From the NCBI RefSeq assembly GCF_001949145.1, contig NW_019091362.1:1371838-1435837 (forward strand): 64,000 nucleotides of DNA, given 5' to 3'. This DNA comes from Acanthaster planci (taxonomy: Eukaryota). Numbering within the stretch: the stretch's first letter is position 1; each line of letters begins with the position of its first letter. The notes below the pieces were generated by a model that was given only the letters and a program-made list of their open reading frames with translations, had not been told where the DNA came from and did not search any database. A program made the translations under genes and the position numbers. Below, in pieces: positions 1 through 12,800 of the stretch.

Positions 1-813
1 AAATCACAAACATTAGTGATTTATAATCAGACTAAAGAAGTTTGTTAGTAGTTACACATGATTTGAACTGATAAGCAAACACGTAAATGTAAAAAAATCC
101 TCTGGAGTTCATATGTATTGACATTTGAAACTGATCTTACCAAAAACTAAAAAAAAAATTCTTTTTCGGCTAAAAACATATAAATACTGGCCTTGTGTGA
201 ACCTTTCTTTTTCTGCAAATTGTCAGAAACAGCAAAAGTGAAGAAACATTATGTAGTTGATATTTTAACCTTGTCAGTGACTTAAACAAATGGTTTTGAG
301 CCAAAACTTCAGAATGTGTGATGAGAATTACACTATTGAAGTTGTCTAAGCTAGCCAATTAATTTTACAATAAAAAGGAAAATAAAAACAACGGTTTCAT
401 GACATCAACTGTGCCTCTTCCTATACTATTCATTACTCTCTTGTATTAAACATTAAAAAGTAAAAAAAAAATCTTTTGATTGAATGTACATAAAACACAG
501 AATTTGGTCAAACGCCAAATCGGTAACGGTAAGACAGCTGCACGCAATTTCACGAAACTTTACCCAATAATGTAATTTCATTTAAATTGGTGCATACATG
601 TAGCTATGGAACTTTTCATTAGGTCAGTCAAAACTCTACTGCACAGGTACACCGCATATTTGTCGCACAAAGCTTACGCTAGGCTCAAGGGTTACGCCAA
701 GTTTCCTTAAACCAACTACTGCTTCCCTAAAATCTGATTGTGAAATATTATCCCCATGTTAATGGTGTGAAAATTAATAGGATTAATTAACAAGTTAGTG
801 AAAGTTCACAAAC

Positions 814-834
814 CTGTCCCTCTTTCTTCGAACT
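814..834 (-). CDS. Candidate 21-nt PLC microexon (SSKKEGQ) in the X-Y linker
   Basis: Minus strand reads cttcttctgacag|AGTTCGAAGAAAGAGGGACAG|gtttgt. Phase 0 at both ends, matching the phase-0 donor of exon 1746-1877. Confidence 0.5.
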
Positions 835-3800
835 CTGTCAGAAGAAGTATGGGATGTGCAGACAGATGACACCAGCAGGGTGATGTGACATTAGAGTTAG
901 GAAAAAAAAGTGTTTGTCAGCAGTCACAATTCAAATAATCTTTAGTATTGATTAGAAAAATAGAAATTATTAATATAAAACGTTCATTGATGTGAAAGTA
1001 TTATGTAAAACAAAATAGTCACAATGATGACAAACACCCGATGGCGTAAAACTTCATTGATTTTTGGGAAAACTTTGTAGAAAAACGTGTAGCAAGGTTC
1101 TTGAAGGACTGCATACATGTGTAGGAATTAGCCCAAAATAGTACCAATATTTGGTTAACCTTTAATTTTGAATTGTCCATGAGAAATGAGATGAACGCAC
1201 CTAAATTCATTCCTTAATCAGTTTAAGAAATGGCATATGTTGATGAGTAAAAAAGCATAAGCGACCGATTGCATGTGACCTGTAGTAGGTATCAACCACC
1301 AACAAACATGGCATCCTCCCATAGCTAAGTGTGTTTTAAGTTTGGTTACCAATACCTAAAACACACTTTGTTTTATGAGCTGAGTACTGTACCAAAAATA
1401 AAGCCATTTTTCAGTAAAGTACTCAGCACATCAGTAGTCTTAGTACTGTACCCATCGTCGGCTTTATTTCTGGTTAACGATACTTATGACTCACTTTGCT
1501 AAGGGGGGACTTGAATGCAGCCGTTTAGATACATGTAGATGAGGGACAGAGCAGTGACATAAGGACAGATCTTTGCAATGCAACAGATGCAAAAGATGGC
1601 TCAGCTACCCCATTAACCTTTTCTAGTTCACATAAAGCCCGCTCGTCCAATGAACCAATAAGAAATGTCTCCATATCCCTTCCCCCTAGCTACTAAATAA
1701 CCCATTATGTCACTACGGTCATCCCTGAACCCACACTCAGCTAACCTTCTTCTCCTTCTTGGCCACTTCGGCTTGGAAGTCGGGGTCGTTGGATTCCAGC
1801 TCGGCAGCTTCGTCCTCGTCACTCACGTCTCCGTCATCTTCCTGGGAAGACTCCACAGGAGGGGGCAGCTTTTTGTTCTGTTTAAAAACAAAAACAATTC
1901 TCAAATTTAACCTCCTCCCTCTCTCTCTCTAAAAAAATCCAATATTTTTCTAAGATAAATAGCACTTTTCTGAGGACATTTCTGATTGGCTCACATCCCA
2001 TCCAATGGAATGCAACATTCTCGGTGCTCATGCAAAAGAAACTGATGATAAAGGCCTGTCTGATAAATGGAGAGAACCATCGTCTGCCACTGACAGAAGG
2101 CCCAGATTGGAATCTTCCAGCTGAATCCATCAATCTTACGAGTAAACTGGTTCATTCACGGGTGGTTTACTGGAACTTGATGATGTGACATCGACTCCAA
2201 GTCAAATTCTCAGGAACTTTACAGTGAGTTTGGGCATGTACAAAAGATAACTCTCATCTCTGACCAGTGTAAAAAAACAAAACAAAACAACCCCCCAAAG
2301 AAAAACAGTCCATGTTGTTTAAAACCCAATCTGCTGTGAAAAAAGACAGCATTACACATTATGCACACATAAGCACAAAGTAACAGGACGAATTACAAAA
2401 TCACCAGTTATTGTTCTATATCTGTTTTTGGCCAATGTCTCTTTGACTTACCTTGACAAGAACCCTCCCTTTCAGATCCTCTGGAGAAGGAAGAACCTTT
2501 TGATCAGGGGTGATGTCTGTCATGTAAATCTTGTCTGATTAATATACTGTCAAGGAACATAAAGGTGTCTTCTTTGAGAGAAATCTTTTCGTTCAAGAAG
2601 GAAAAAAGAAGTGTTGGAGTGAAGACAAGATTTCAGGAAGTAGTGACAACAGTCCGTCCGGTTTGTGTTTAAAGGATACTGCCAAATGTTGTCTTGAGGT
2701 GATGAGCCATGACCTTCTGTTGTTCGATGCTACAATGGTTCTCCAGCGACAAAATCAGTGGGTATCTAGTGCAAAAAAGCGAACACAAGACATAAGATTT
2801 TAAGCTCTGAAGTGCCCCCAAAATTACAAACTTCAAAGGTCATAGGTCAGCTGTCAACAACTGTGTGGGATGCATTCCTCTGATTTGTGAAGTTTCTCAA
2901 GATGTTCGAAACGTTGGAAATATGCAAATCTCAAAAGAGTTTCAATTGTTTAATTTTAAGGTAGTGGGTCATACGCGCTTTTCACTATATTATGACGGAA
3001 TAGGATGTGATTAAAATTACTTGGAACACACAACCAAGGATACATAACCGCACTCAAGACAAAGCGATGGGAACGATCTGGACAAAGGTATGAACTGGTC
3101 TGCTAAAAAAATCTGTTTAATATGGAAACAGAGAACAGGTGAGGGAAGCAGCTTACTCTGAGGTGGCAAAGGCATATTTCTCTATGGCTTCAATTGCATC
3201 CTTGAACTTGATCTTGGAGGTGAGGGTGTGACCGTGATAAACAACCGGCTCTTTGTCTGAGCCATCCCAGCAATCCACTGCGAAAGGAATCAGAAGGAAA
3301 CGGAAATAGGAAATGGCTGAAGACTACAAATTTGATTACAATGTCTCTCTGTAGCCAAGGGGGGCACTGCAATTGTGTGTGCATCACGCCAGCACATATT
3401 TTTGTGGTACAGGAAGTCCCAATGCAAAATACATCCTGTGTTGGAAGAACGAAACAAAAATAAAAAAGGCTTGCCCTCTCATGAATCACAGGAGAAGTAA
3501 TTTTTATTTCAGAGTTAGGCACATCCGCACGTGACATTGACTGTAGAGTGCAGGAATGGGGTATTGTAATGTTTGCCATTCAAACCTACACAAACCTCTG
3601 GCTATCATATCGAGCATACTACACTTCTGAAAACCGATCATCACGAGAACTGTACAAAATATAACAGGCAAAAATACAGGCTTTCAATTATCAGTCGCCA
3701 TATTTGCCAAATAACAACTACTTTGAACTTCATCTACAATACTGAGATGTTCTCTGGAAAAAATTGTACTTAGCACTGCATCAAAAAATGAAATGGCTGT

Positions 3801-6800
3801 AGAAATTGTGCACCAAGCTAAAATTGTGGATTTGATTGAACATTTGCCGCCTGGAATCCTGGAAGTCTAAACAAAGGATACTAGACATACAGATAGATGA
3901 TGTTTTGGCTGTGGAAGTCTTGACCCGCAGCCATACATGTAGGTATAAAATTTCCACGCTGACTGATCAGTTTACAACATACTTATACAAAGCCAAAACG
4001 GTGATGCATATTGCAGTACAAAATATTTCTCTCGAGTACAGAATGTTGGTTCTCATTAATTTTTTTTTTGGAGAGCGCCAAGCTCTATACTCACACTCAA
4101 CGCATCTGCAGCCTCTTTGCAAGGCTCGGACATAGGCCTCGGTACTGCTAGGTCCTCGCAACTGGTCTTTCATCAAATAGCTACCGTACATGAAGACAGA
4201 AAAAAAGCCCAAATCACACAGTTTCTGAGGCTGATACACCCTTCTGCCTCGTCTTAAAGATTGAAGTTTTGGGGTCTAGTCACAGTAGAGTCTGGGAGGA
4301 CTAACTGCTCATTAAAAACATTGCAAGAACAGGAATAAACACACATTTTAAGGGTGCATTTGTAGACAGTCGGGTTTCAGTTTGGAAGTACATTTTCCAG
4401 TACAAATGACAACATTGCTTTTTCCTTTTTCAAACTTTCTAGAGCACTTCAACGTAATAACATGTATATATCTGTTTTCAGTGAATACAGATGCCATTCA
4501 TACAATAACTGTGATTCTATCAAATCTGGGAATCATTGCAGTGTTGCCTCTCCATCCTTCTGGACTTGGGCAAAATGAAAAAAAAAATTTGCATATCATT
4601 TCTGGAAGGACGAAGTAAACTGCATGCTTCTGCTGGGGGGGAGGGGGCGGGGGCAGGGGAGGGGGAAGGAGGTGGTGCCAGGTATCATTTGGGCTACATG
4701 TACTTCATACCTTGGGTACAATCCTGCTGCCAGCATACCTTGTGCGATCTTATTCCTGGTTTATGTCACCCATTCTGGGCAACATTTTGATTGGGAATAA
4801 ATTTGAAAAGGCATGTGCATTCCTTCACAATACATGTAAGTACATGTGAAACCCATTCAATAAGTCGGCAGATGGCCTTTCCATACATATTTATGCTTAA
4901 AGGTCGTATATGCAATGTTATTTTGGGGTTAAAGAAAAATTTGAAATGGCTAAAAAGTGCACTTTTCAACACAATTAACCAAAAAAGGATGTCAAATGCT
5001 TTTTAGGGAGTTGCACAAAACGTCAGTCTAAGAATGCTCATCACATAGAACCTTTTAAGGCCAATCAGAGTAGTGCCTTGCCTAAACTCTGTAAGGGATT
5101 AGTGAAGGAACGCACATACACAGATCTTGGACTTGAGGCTTAGACTGTGAGCCTTCCAACTTAGGGTGAAAATCCTTGTTACAAGAACATGCATGCTCAC
5201 GTGTTGTGCGAAGAGTTGATGAAATAGTGACACAAGGGCTGCTTCATATCTTGATAGATGGTGGAGTGAAACGGGTTGAAGAGCAAACCGTTGGGGCCCT
5301 TCATGAACAACTGGAACCCTGTGTGCACAGCGAGCGTGAGTGAAAAGAATGTGCAAAGAGGAAAGGCACCAGACTACAAAGTTCTTAAAATAAAACAAAA
5401 AAGTGTTGTGTGACGGCCATCCATTCTTTAAATAGTTCTACCATTGATTAAAATTGTGATAACCACTGCATAATGAGGTGACTACGGTGAACAGAACAAC
5501 CGTGGGAAGTATCTTATTAAGCCGGCCACATTACTCTCGTACAAAGACATTTGCCTGTGTGCATGACGAATAATTGACAGATTTTCTTTTTTAAAGGTGT
5601 ACTTTGCGTCATAGGGAGATATTACATGTAATCTTAATGACAGGTTTTGCCCTTATTTACAAACACTGTATACTCAGTGCTTGTCCGAGAGCTTGCGAAA
5701 AATGAAAATTAACATCTCCCCAACGCGAAATACATCTTGAAACTAGTCTGTGGTACCCGCTGCTGCATCTGACTCGGACTGGCCAGCTCGGTGGTCAAGT
5801 GGTTAAGACATCTGCACTAGTAAGCAGGAGGTCGTGGGTTTAAGTCCCACTCAAGTAAGCTTGTGAATTTTTTTGCAAGCTCTCAGACAAGCACTGAGTA
5901 TGCAGTTTTTATAATATCAGGTTAGGTTAGGTCAAGGTTAGGGCAAAACCTGTAATTAAATAGATTTTTCTTTGTTGCTCAGAAAGGAGCATTCTTTGGT
6001 GCAATTATTATACCTTTTAGTCATTATTTTAGTTTATTTTAGTTATTTATGGATGGGTGATTGCAAGTGCTATCAAACTTTGAGGAGAATCAATCTTAAA
6101 ATGAGAGCAAGGCTTTCCACCTTTTTTTAATTTGAGATGGCAAACAGTACTGCTTTGACACAGAAACCATTCAAAATACATGTACATCTTCCAAGCGCAT
6201 TCACAAAAACTTGACCAAACATATATCCGAGGATTTCTTTCAAGGGAAGAGTCAGAACTTTCTTTCAAAGCAGTCCCGCATAAGCGTACAACTACAAAAC
6301 CAACGTACCACAACCGCTAACTGACCTACATGCAACATCCAAGTCCACATACAAGTTGCATCAATGAAATCAATCAACACTAAAGGATATGCACTCAGTA
6401 ACAAGAGCAGAAGATGTAGCTGTCTTGAATCACATGATCTACAACTAAGGTAGCTCACATACGCAAAACAAGTAGCAATCCTTGCTCTGAAAATCTGGAA
6501 ATTTGTCTTTCAAAAACATGAATTACTTCCAACCAGGAAAGTGCCTTAGGTACAAATAAAGACTTGTGGGCTATGTGTAAAACTGAAACGAAAACTTGCC
6601 AACAAAGCAATGCAACACATCCATGTATATCCTTCAATATATACAGCTGGTCTACACGACAGTGCACGGTAATTATTCAACATATGTAACACTAAAAATA
6701 ACTACAGTAGGTTCATGCAGATAAGCGTTCTGTCTGAAAAGCTCTTCAGACAGAAACAACCACTCAAAGATTTAAGCATCAACAATGTCCCCATGCTGAA

Positions 6801-9800
6801 TCCAAGTGAACTTTACCCACTCAGAACTGTTTCTGAATTCACTTCAGGTGGAGTCCAACTGAATATCATACACACACATAACGTGCGACTCCTCACCACA
6901 CTTTTTCATAATTCCAAATTCACCAACCCGCTGCAAAGTTTCACCATCTACATGCATCACTGATTCCCTGCACCAAATTCTCAGTCAGATGTGATTAGTT
7001 AAAGGTGTCTACTCAGGAGGATGAGGGTTCCAAGCCCATCCTCGCAAGCCAGTGGAATTGTTCTAGCAGGCATGTGAAAACATGCAGAATAAGTTGCCAG
7101 TATGTGTGTCCGGTGTTCAATGAAGAACCTTGCACCAAGTGTGTATCTACAGACTAGAAAGCACATGAACACATACCATCAAAGCTGAGAATGTCACGTT
7201 TCTTGCATTCCTCTGACGGCTCATATTTCTGGATAATCTCTTTGCACCATTGTGGCTTGACTTGAAGCCGCTGAACAGATCACAGGTACATGTAACAGGA
7301 AACAGAAACAAGAAAAACGTGCCAATTTAACAACTGCAAGAATTAAACATTTCAAAATAGTTTCCGCTGGTAAGTTTCACAGAATTAAGACTTAAAAAAA
7401 GTAAATAAGACAACGCTTGATGACTGTTAAAAATCACTCTCAGAAGACTGAGTTGGATCATTACAAGTTAACATGTAAAAAAAAAAGAGTTCAAACCGGA
7501 CCATGTAAGGTATGTACGAACATAACCTGCAGATTGACACCATGTCTCAACAACTGAATATCATTCATAAATTACATCTGACTACATTCCTCAGTTTCCT
7601 TCTTTTGAGGCTTCAAGGGTCAAGATCTCCCACTTCAGCAGAAAATGAAGTTAACAACCTTACCAAAAAAACTTTGGCTAAACCTGTAGTGTGTACAATG
7701 CACTTGCCAGATTTTTTAAACTGGATTTTGTTATTTCGAAACCATCATTCACCTTGTTTTTATGACTCTGACTTCAACTACATGATACACAGTTTTCAAG
7801 ATGTATTTTTGCGTTGGGGAGATGTTAATTATNNNNNNNNNNNNNNNNNNNNNNNNNNNNNNNNNNNNNNNNNNNNNNNNNNNNNNNNNNNNNNNNNNNN
7901 NNNNNNNNNNNNNNNNNNNNNNNNNNNNNNNNNNNNNNNNNNNNNNNNNNNNNAGATACACAGTGCAACAAGCTTTGTGTACACAGTCTGATGTCTGGGC
8001 CACTTCTTAGGATCATCACAAATGTCATTTTTTTCATATGAAAATCTTTATCTACGCTTGCAAACTAACAAGTGCTGACAATACTTTTTAACTGTGACGA
8101 AACTTCTTTTGTGGCCTGAAGCCACACAATTTAACTCCTGCAAAGCAAGTGCATACAATGCAGTCTGACTATTTCAGTCTGATCAAAATCAGTGCTACAA
8201 CATGCCCTTAGGAAAGTAAGAGAGAACTACAAGTTGCATAAAGCAAGCCTGTATTCCAGTGATCTGACCAACCACTCTTTAGCTTTAGCACTGCCTGACT
8301 ATCTCATTTACAAACAGTGACAAAGAATAGCTAGCAACCATTGTCCTTGTAACCTCTGCATTGAGGTCAACTTAGTTACATCTTCAACAGGGCCTAATTT
8401 CAAGCAGTTGCCACAGCCACAAATCTGCTAGGCATAAAAATCATTTGCTAAGCAAAAACAGGGTACTGGTCAAAATGCCATTAGATGTACACTGCCTACA
8501 ACTGACCCTCTGCTCATCTTTGCTAAGCTTGTAAAACTGCTCACCAATTTTTTTTCTCCTGTGCAGTTCTGTGGAACTGCGTTCATTGGGTAAGCATGTA
8601 CACTAGAGAATTAGACCAATCAGACTACATGCATAAAGGGCAATGGAGTTTAAGAAGCTTTGAGAACAATTGAATTGGGCACTGGTCTTCCAACTGTTTA
8701 TAGAGAGGATCCTCTCTTTAGACCAGTGCCCAATTTCACAAAATGGCTAAGCAAAGAGTATTGCTGAAGAAGTTCACTGGTGTGGTCAATCTATAACCTG
8801 TTTTGCTAAACAAATGCCATGTATACCTTGTAGATTGGAGCACTTGGTACCTCTGTGAAATTGTGCCAGGGAGATTAGTCTGACTGTGTGAACAAGTAAG
8901 GAGGTGCTTGAGTATAACAATGTGTACAGCTTGTAAGCAGTTTCCAGCTGAATTTGGCTCAACAGAGCTAGAAATCTGCTTAGCATTACTTTCCACTAAG
9001 CACCTCTTTGACATCCCAGTTATCAAATTACCATCTGCACCTGTTAACTGATAATGAATTATCCATGGCTTTCAGTATCATATAACACATACCTTCATCT
9101 CTTCATGCATGAACTCCACAAACTCCTGCAAGGTCCAGTAATCATCTTCACCCGAGTACCTATCAACGCACAGACATCAAACAATGGTGAATGACAGAAA
9201 ATTAAGGGTTCATCTCAGCACTAATTACATGGAGTGAATGCCAACTGTTTTCAGGTTCCCCATGGTGTAGTACATGAATAGGCATCCATAACATCTAGGA
9301 CATTGCTTGTGACTCTTGAGCTGACTTAAAAGGGCCTGCTAACACATCCTTTGGCTGTGAAATGCAAACAGACAAATGCTAGCTAACTGTACGTCAATCT
9401 CCATGCTTGGGTGCATCTCACTTGATGTGATCCGGATCGTGATCTTTTGGTACATGTCTGATCGAAAATCTGATTGAAAAATTGACAAATGTTGGCAGTA
9501 TTCCTGTCCGAGCAAATCCCCTCTCATTGTATTCATCTAGAAGCACATTCCTTGGAAACTGGACCCTTTGCATCAGCATCCCCAGTACAAGGGCTCACAC
9601 TTTAAGTATAAAATTTGAACTGTTGTTGATATACACACACCAGAGATGAACAGATGCAGGCATGCATGCTGCAGAACCTCAAAATGCCCTCCCTGATGAA
9701 GTTTTTTACAGTTTTAGAGCTACATGTACATATGACACAAGTACATGTACAAATCTTCTGCACAAAATGAAGTTGGGCCTATAGATTTCAGTCACTAGCC

Positions 9801-12800
9801 TTTCACTGAAGAGAAAAAACTTTTACAAACGAGTACTAATTCTTTCCCCTCAAGAAAAGAACAATTTTTACTTTCTGAGAGTTCCCTGTTTTTTTTTTGT
9901 TTTTTCACGTTAAACATTACAGAAACTTACAGAAACAAATATTGTGGTAACTTCTACGTAAATAAGTGCTGAAGTAAGTGCATAGCTACATGTACCTACA
10001 AGAAATGTAAGCTGCATTGCAATTACAACGTACTTTGCAGCATAAACTCCTCTGATCATGGAGAAACCTGTTGCATTTATGTGAAATGAGTGCATGTACA
10101 GTGCTGTGCAGACTACATGTACATGTGTCATTCCCACACCAGAAGGACATCCTACAAGTAAACTGTGAAGCATGTAAGCCAAACTGTGTGAATGGTACTG
10201 ATGATCAGGTTATGCATTGCTGATGAATTTGCTGGAGGTATGGCAATTCTAAGACAAGAAATGAGCTTTTCAAGGTATGCATGTTTCTGAAGATGACATG
10301 GCCCACTCCACTAATGGCTAAGGAGTCAGCCTCTCTGTCAGGCTCAGTTCAACTGATCAATTCACAGAGCACAATCAGATGCCCTTACTGAGTTAGTGAT
10401 CTCTGAGATGGCAGAGATCAATAACAGCGTGCTTCATTGCCATTGACTTTTGAGTGACCACTCCCAAGACTGGATTTAAACAACTTACTCAATCTCACAA
10501 AATGCAAGAGCCTGTCCATTAAAATGAGGGAGCTTTGTTCGAGTTGAGGTAATTGTGAAAACAGTTTTAACACTCTTTAACAGCTTCTGTGAAAATCTTC
10601 CACATGCCCATCTTTACTGACAGCCGTTACTTTCATAACAACACTTTTCATGTTAATTTGACATTTATGATAACCTCATGTTAGATTATTCAAATACATT
10701 TTTAAAAGTTGCTGACAAGAAGTCTTATGACAAGACAAGAAGTCGTGTTTTATCTGTAATGAAATCATGAATATTAGATGGCTGTCTTCCTTGCTTGTTT
10801 CTGGAACAAATTTACTCAACTGACTTGCACGTTCATGTACCTGTAACCCCAAAAATCATTAAACGTGACCACTGTTATAAAGAGAATGCCAACTGCCATT
10901 TTCATGAAATTTCATATTTATCAAAAAGTGCTTTTGGACAGAAGCTATGGGATTCTATATCTTATGGTATGGTATGGTATTTTCTTTTTAATATCTAAAA
11001 TGTTTTCATACTCTATACCCAGCCTCTGTTTATTCTATATAAGTACTTTAGATGGTTTACACATGGATACCCCAGCCTACACACTCAGCTAGGAAAGTAA
11101 TTTCAATTCAATCGTTTATTCAAGCATGACTGACCAGACGTGTCCGATGACATTAACTGCTTGCATGCCATCAAAGCAAGGGAAGCAGGAATATGGTGTG
11201 TTTCTTGAGGTTAAACACTCTGCGGAATTCTGCCTTGTTTGTGAGGGATTTGGGGGCGCATTTCAAATAATAAGACCCTGCTACTCTTAGGAGTTGAGTT
11301 GTTTTTCTTTGAAAGAAGGATTATACTGTTCTTTTAAGCTTTCTTTATGCTGGGGGAAAAAAAGCTAACTTGGGTGTGATTTGAACTTATGACCTCGTGC
11401 CTACTAGAGCGGGTACTGTATGTAAGCCATTTCATAGATTATCAAGCATGTTAGGGTTATGGTTTTCCCACTCTCTGTCGGTTTACTAGCGCACTTTTTG
11501 CGGCAAATTATGTTAAGGCTCAACTTGTTAGGCTTTGCTTTAATTTTAATGTCCATGTAATTTTATTTCTTATTAATCCACAGACTGATGACTAGGAATC
11601 AAGAAATCTTTTTTCTTTCACCAGGTCCAACCTAAGAATAGAGGCCAAATGACGGACATCAACTGTCGGTGTTAAAACGCAGTTGGCAACTCTAAGTAAT
11701 TGATATCTGTTAAATCCCGAGCAATCAGGTATACAAAAGGATTAAACATGGCGAAGAATCAAACTAGAGTTACAGAAGGGACATGGGGGAGATGATCTCT
11801 TACATATTTACGTGCTTATCCGGTACAACATGAAAGATGTATAAGACTTAAAGATGTACATGTATGCACAAATGGATGGCTGTTTCTTTCAAGTGTGACA
11901 GCTATTGCTACATTGGTCTATACAAGAATTCTTACTACATGAAAATTTATGCACTCACTAATTCATTTGCAGCCATAACAGTGAACAAGCAGGGTGCAGC
12001 ACCCTCTGATGTTGCTGCTGAAGGGGTGCGCCTGAATGCTATGTACATGTACATGCATGTCTCGCAACGCATGATGTCATCCACACAATGGGAGTGACAC
12101 AAATACCATAAAAAGGATGTCAGATGATCAATGTGTGAGTTAGGCCTAACAAGGTGTTTATAAACAAGTGTTAAATGTGAGCATTTGAAAAAAAAACAAA
12201 CCAACTGACTAGCAATTGTTTTTGATAATACTGTCTTTTCCATTCCTTCAATTACATTTGTCATAGTAGGAAATAAATACGAACAAAAATACTCCTTCTG
12301 TAGATGCAGAGACTACGCATGTCGAAACATAAATGTTGCATGTACCAACGATGTGATGGGGAGTTATGTCCCATAACTCCGTTCCGCCAATCCCAATAAA
12401 AGAAATTGTCTCCTCAATGTGGTATGACAGCCTGGGTAGATCTGCTTAATCTCCAGAGTGTTCTCGATTACAAATGTGGATAGTATGAACATCCAGGACC
12501 CTGCACAACCACAGTGGCGCCAGGAGTTTTCAGGAGGGAGTAATTATCGTCAGTCCACTAACGACATGTAATACATTGTACATGTATTCTGGTTTCTATT
12601 GCCTACCAACACAATAGATACCATCTGTCAAATTATGTGTGTGTCTATATCAGCCCAGAGAGATGGGCAAATTGAAGATCAGTGAAATGAATGGCTTCTA
12701 GAAGAGAAAGGAAAGGTAGATTGCTGTTACAGCTTCTACACATTAATGGCTGGCTGTCCAACTTGTAAAATATTTGTTGAGAATTGGCATGTGTCTTTGA

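Noticed and set aside
3157..5318. Catalytically inactive PLC-like (PRIP/PLCL) protein
   Set aside because: Both X-domain catalytic histidines (SSHNT and YHGHT) are intact.
5785..5856. Functional tRNA gene
   Set aside because: The acceptor stem pairs poorly, the B box is mutated (GGTTTAAG), and it is embedded in a repeat with a decayed second copy.
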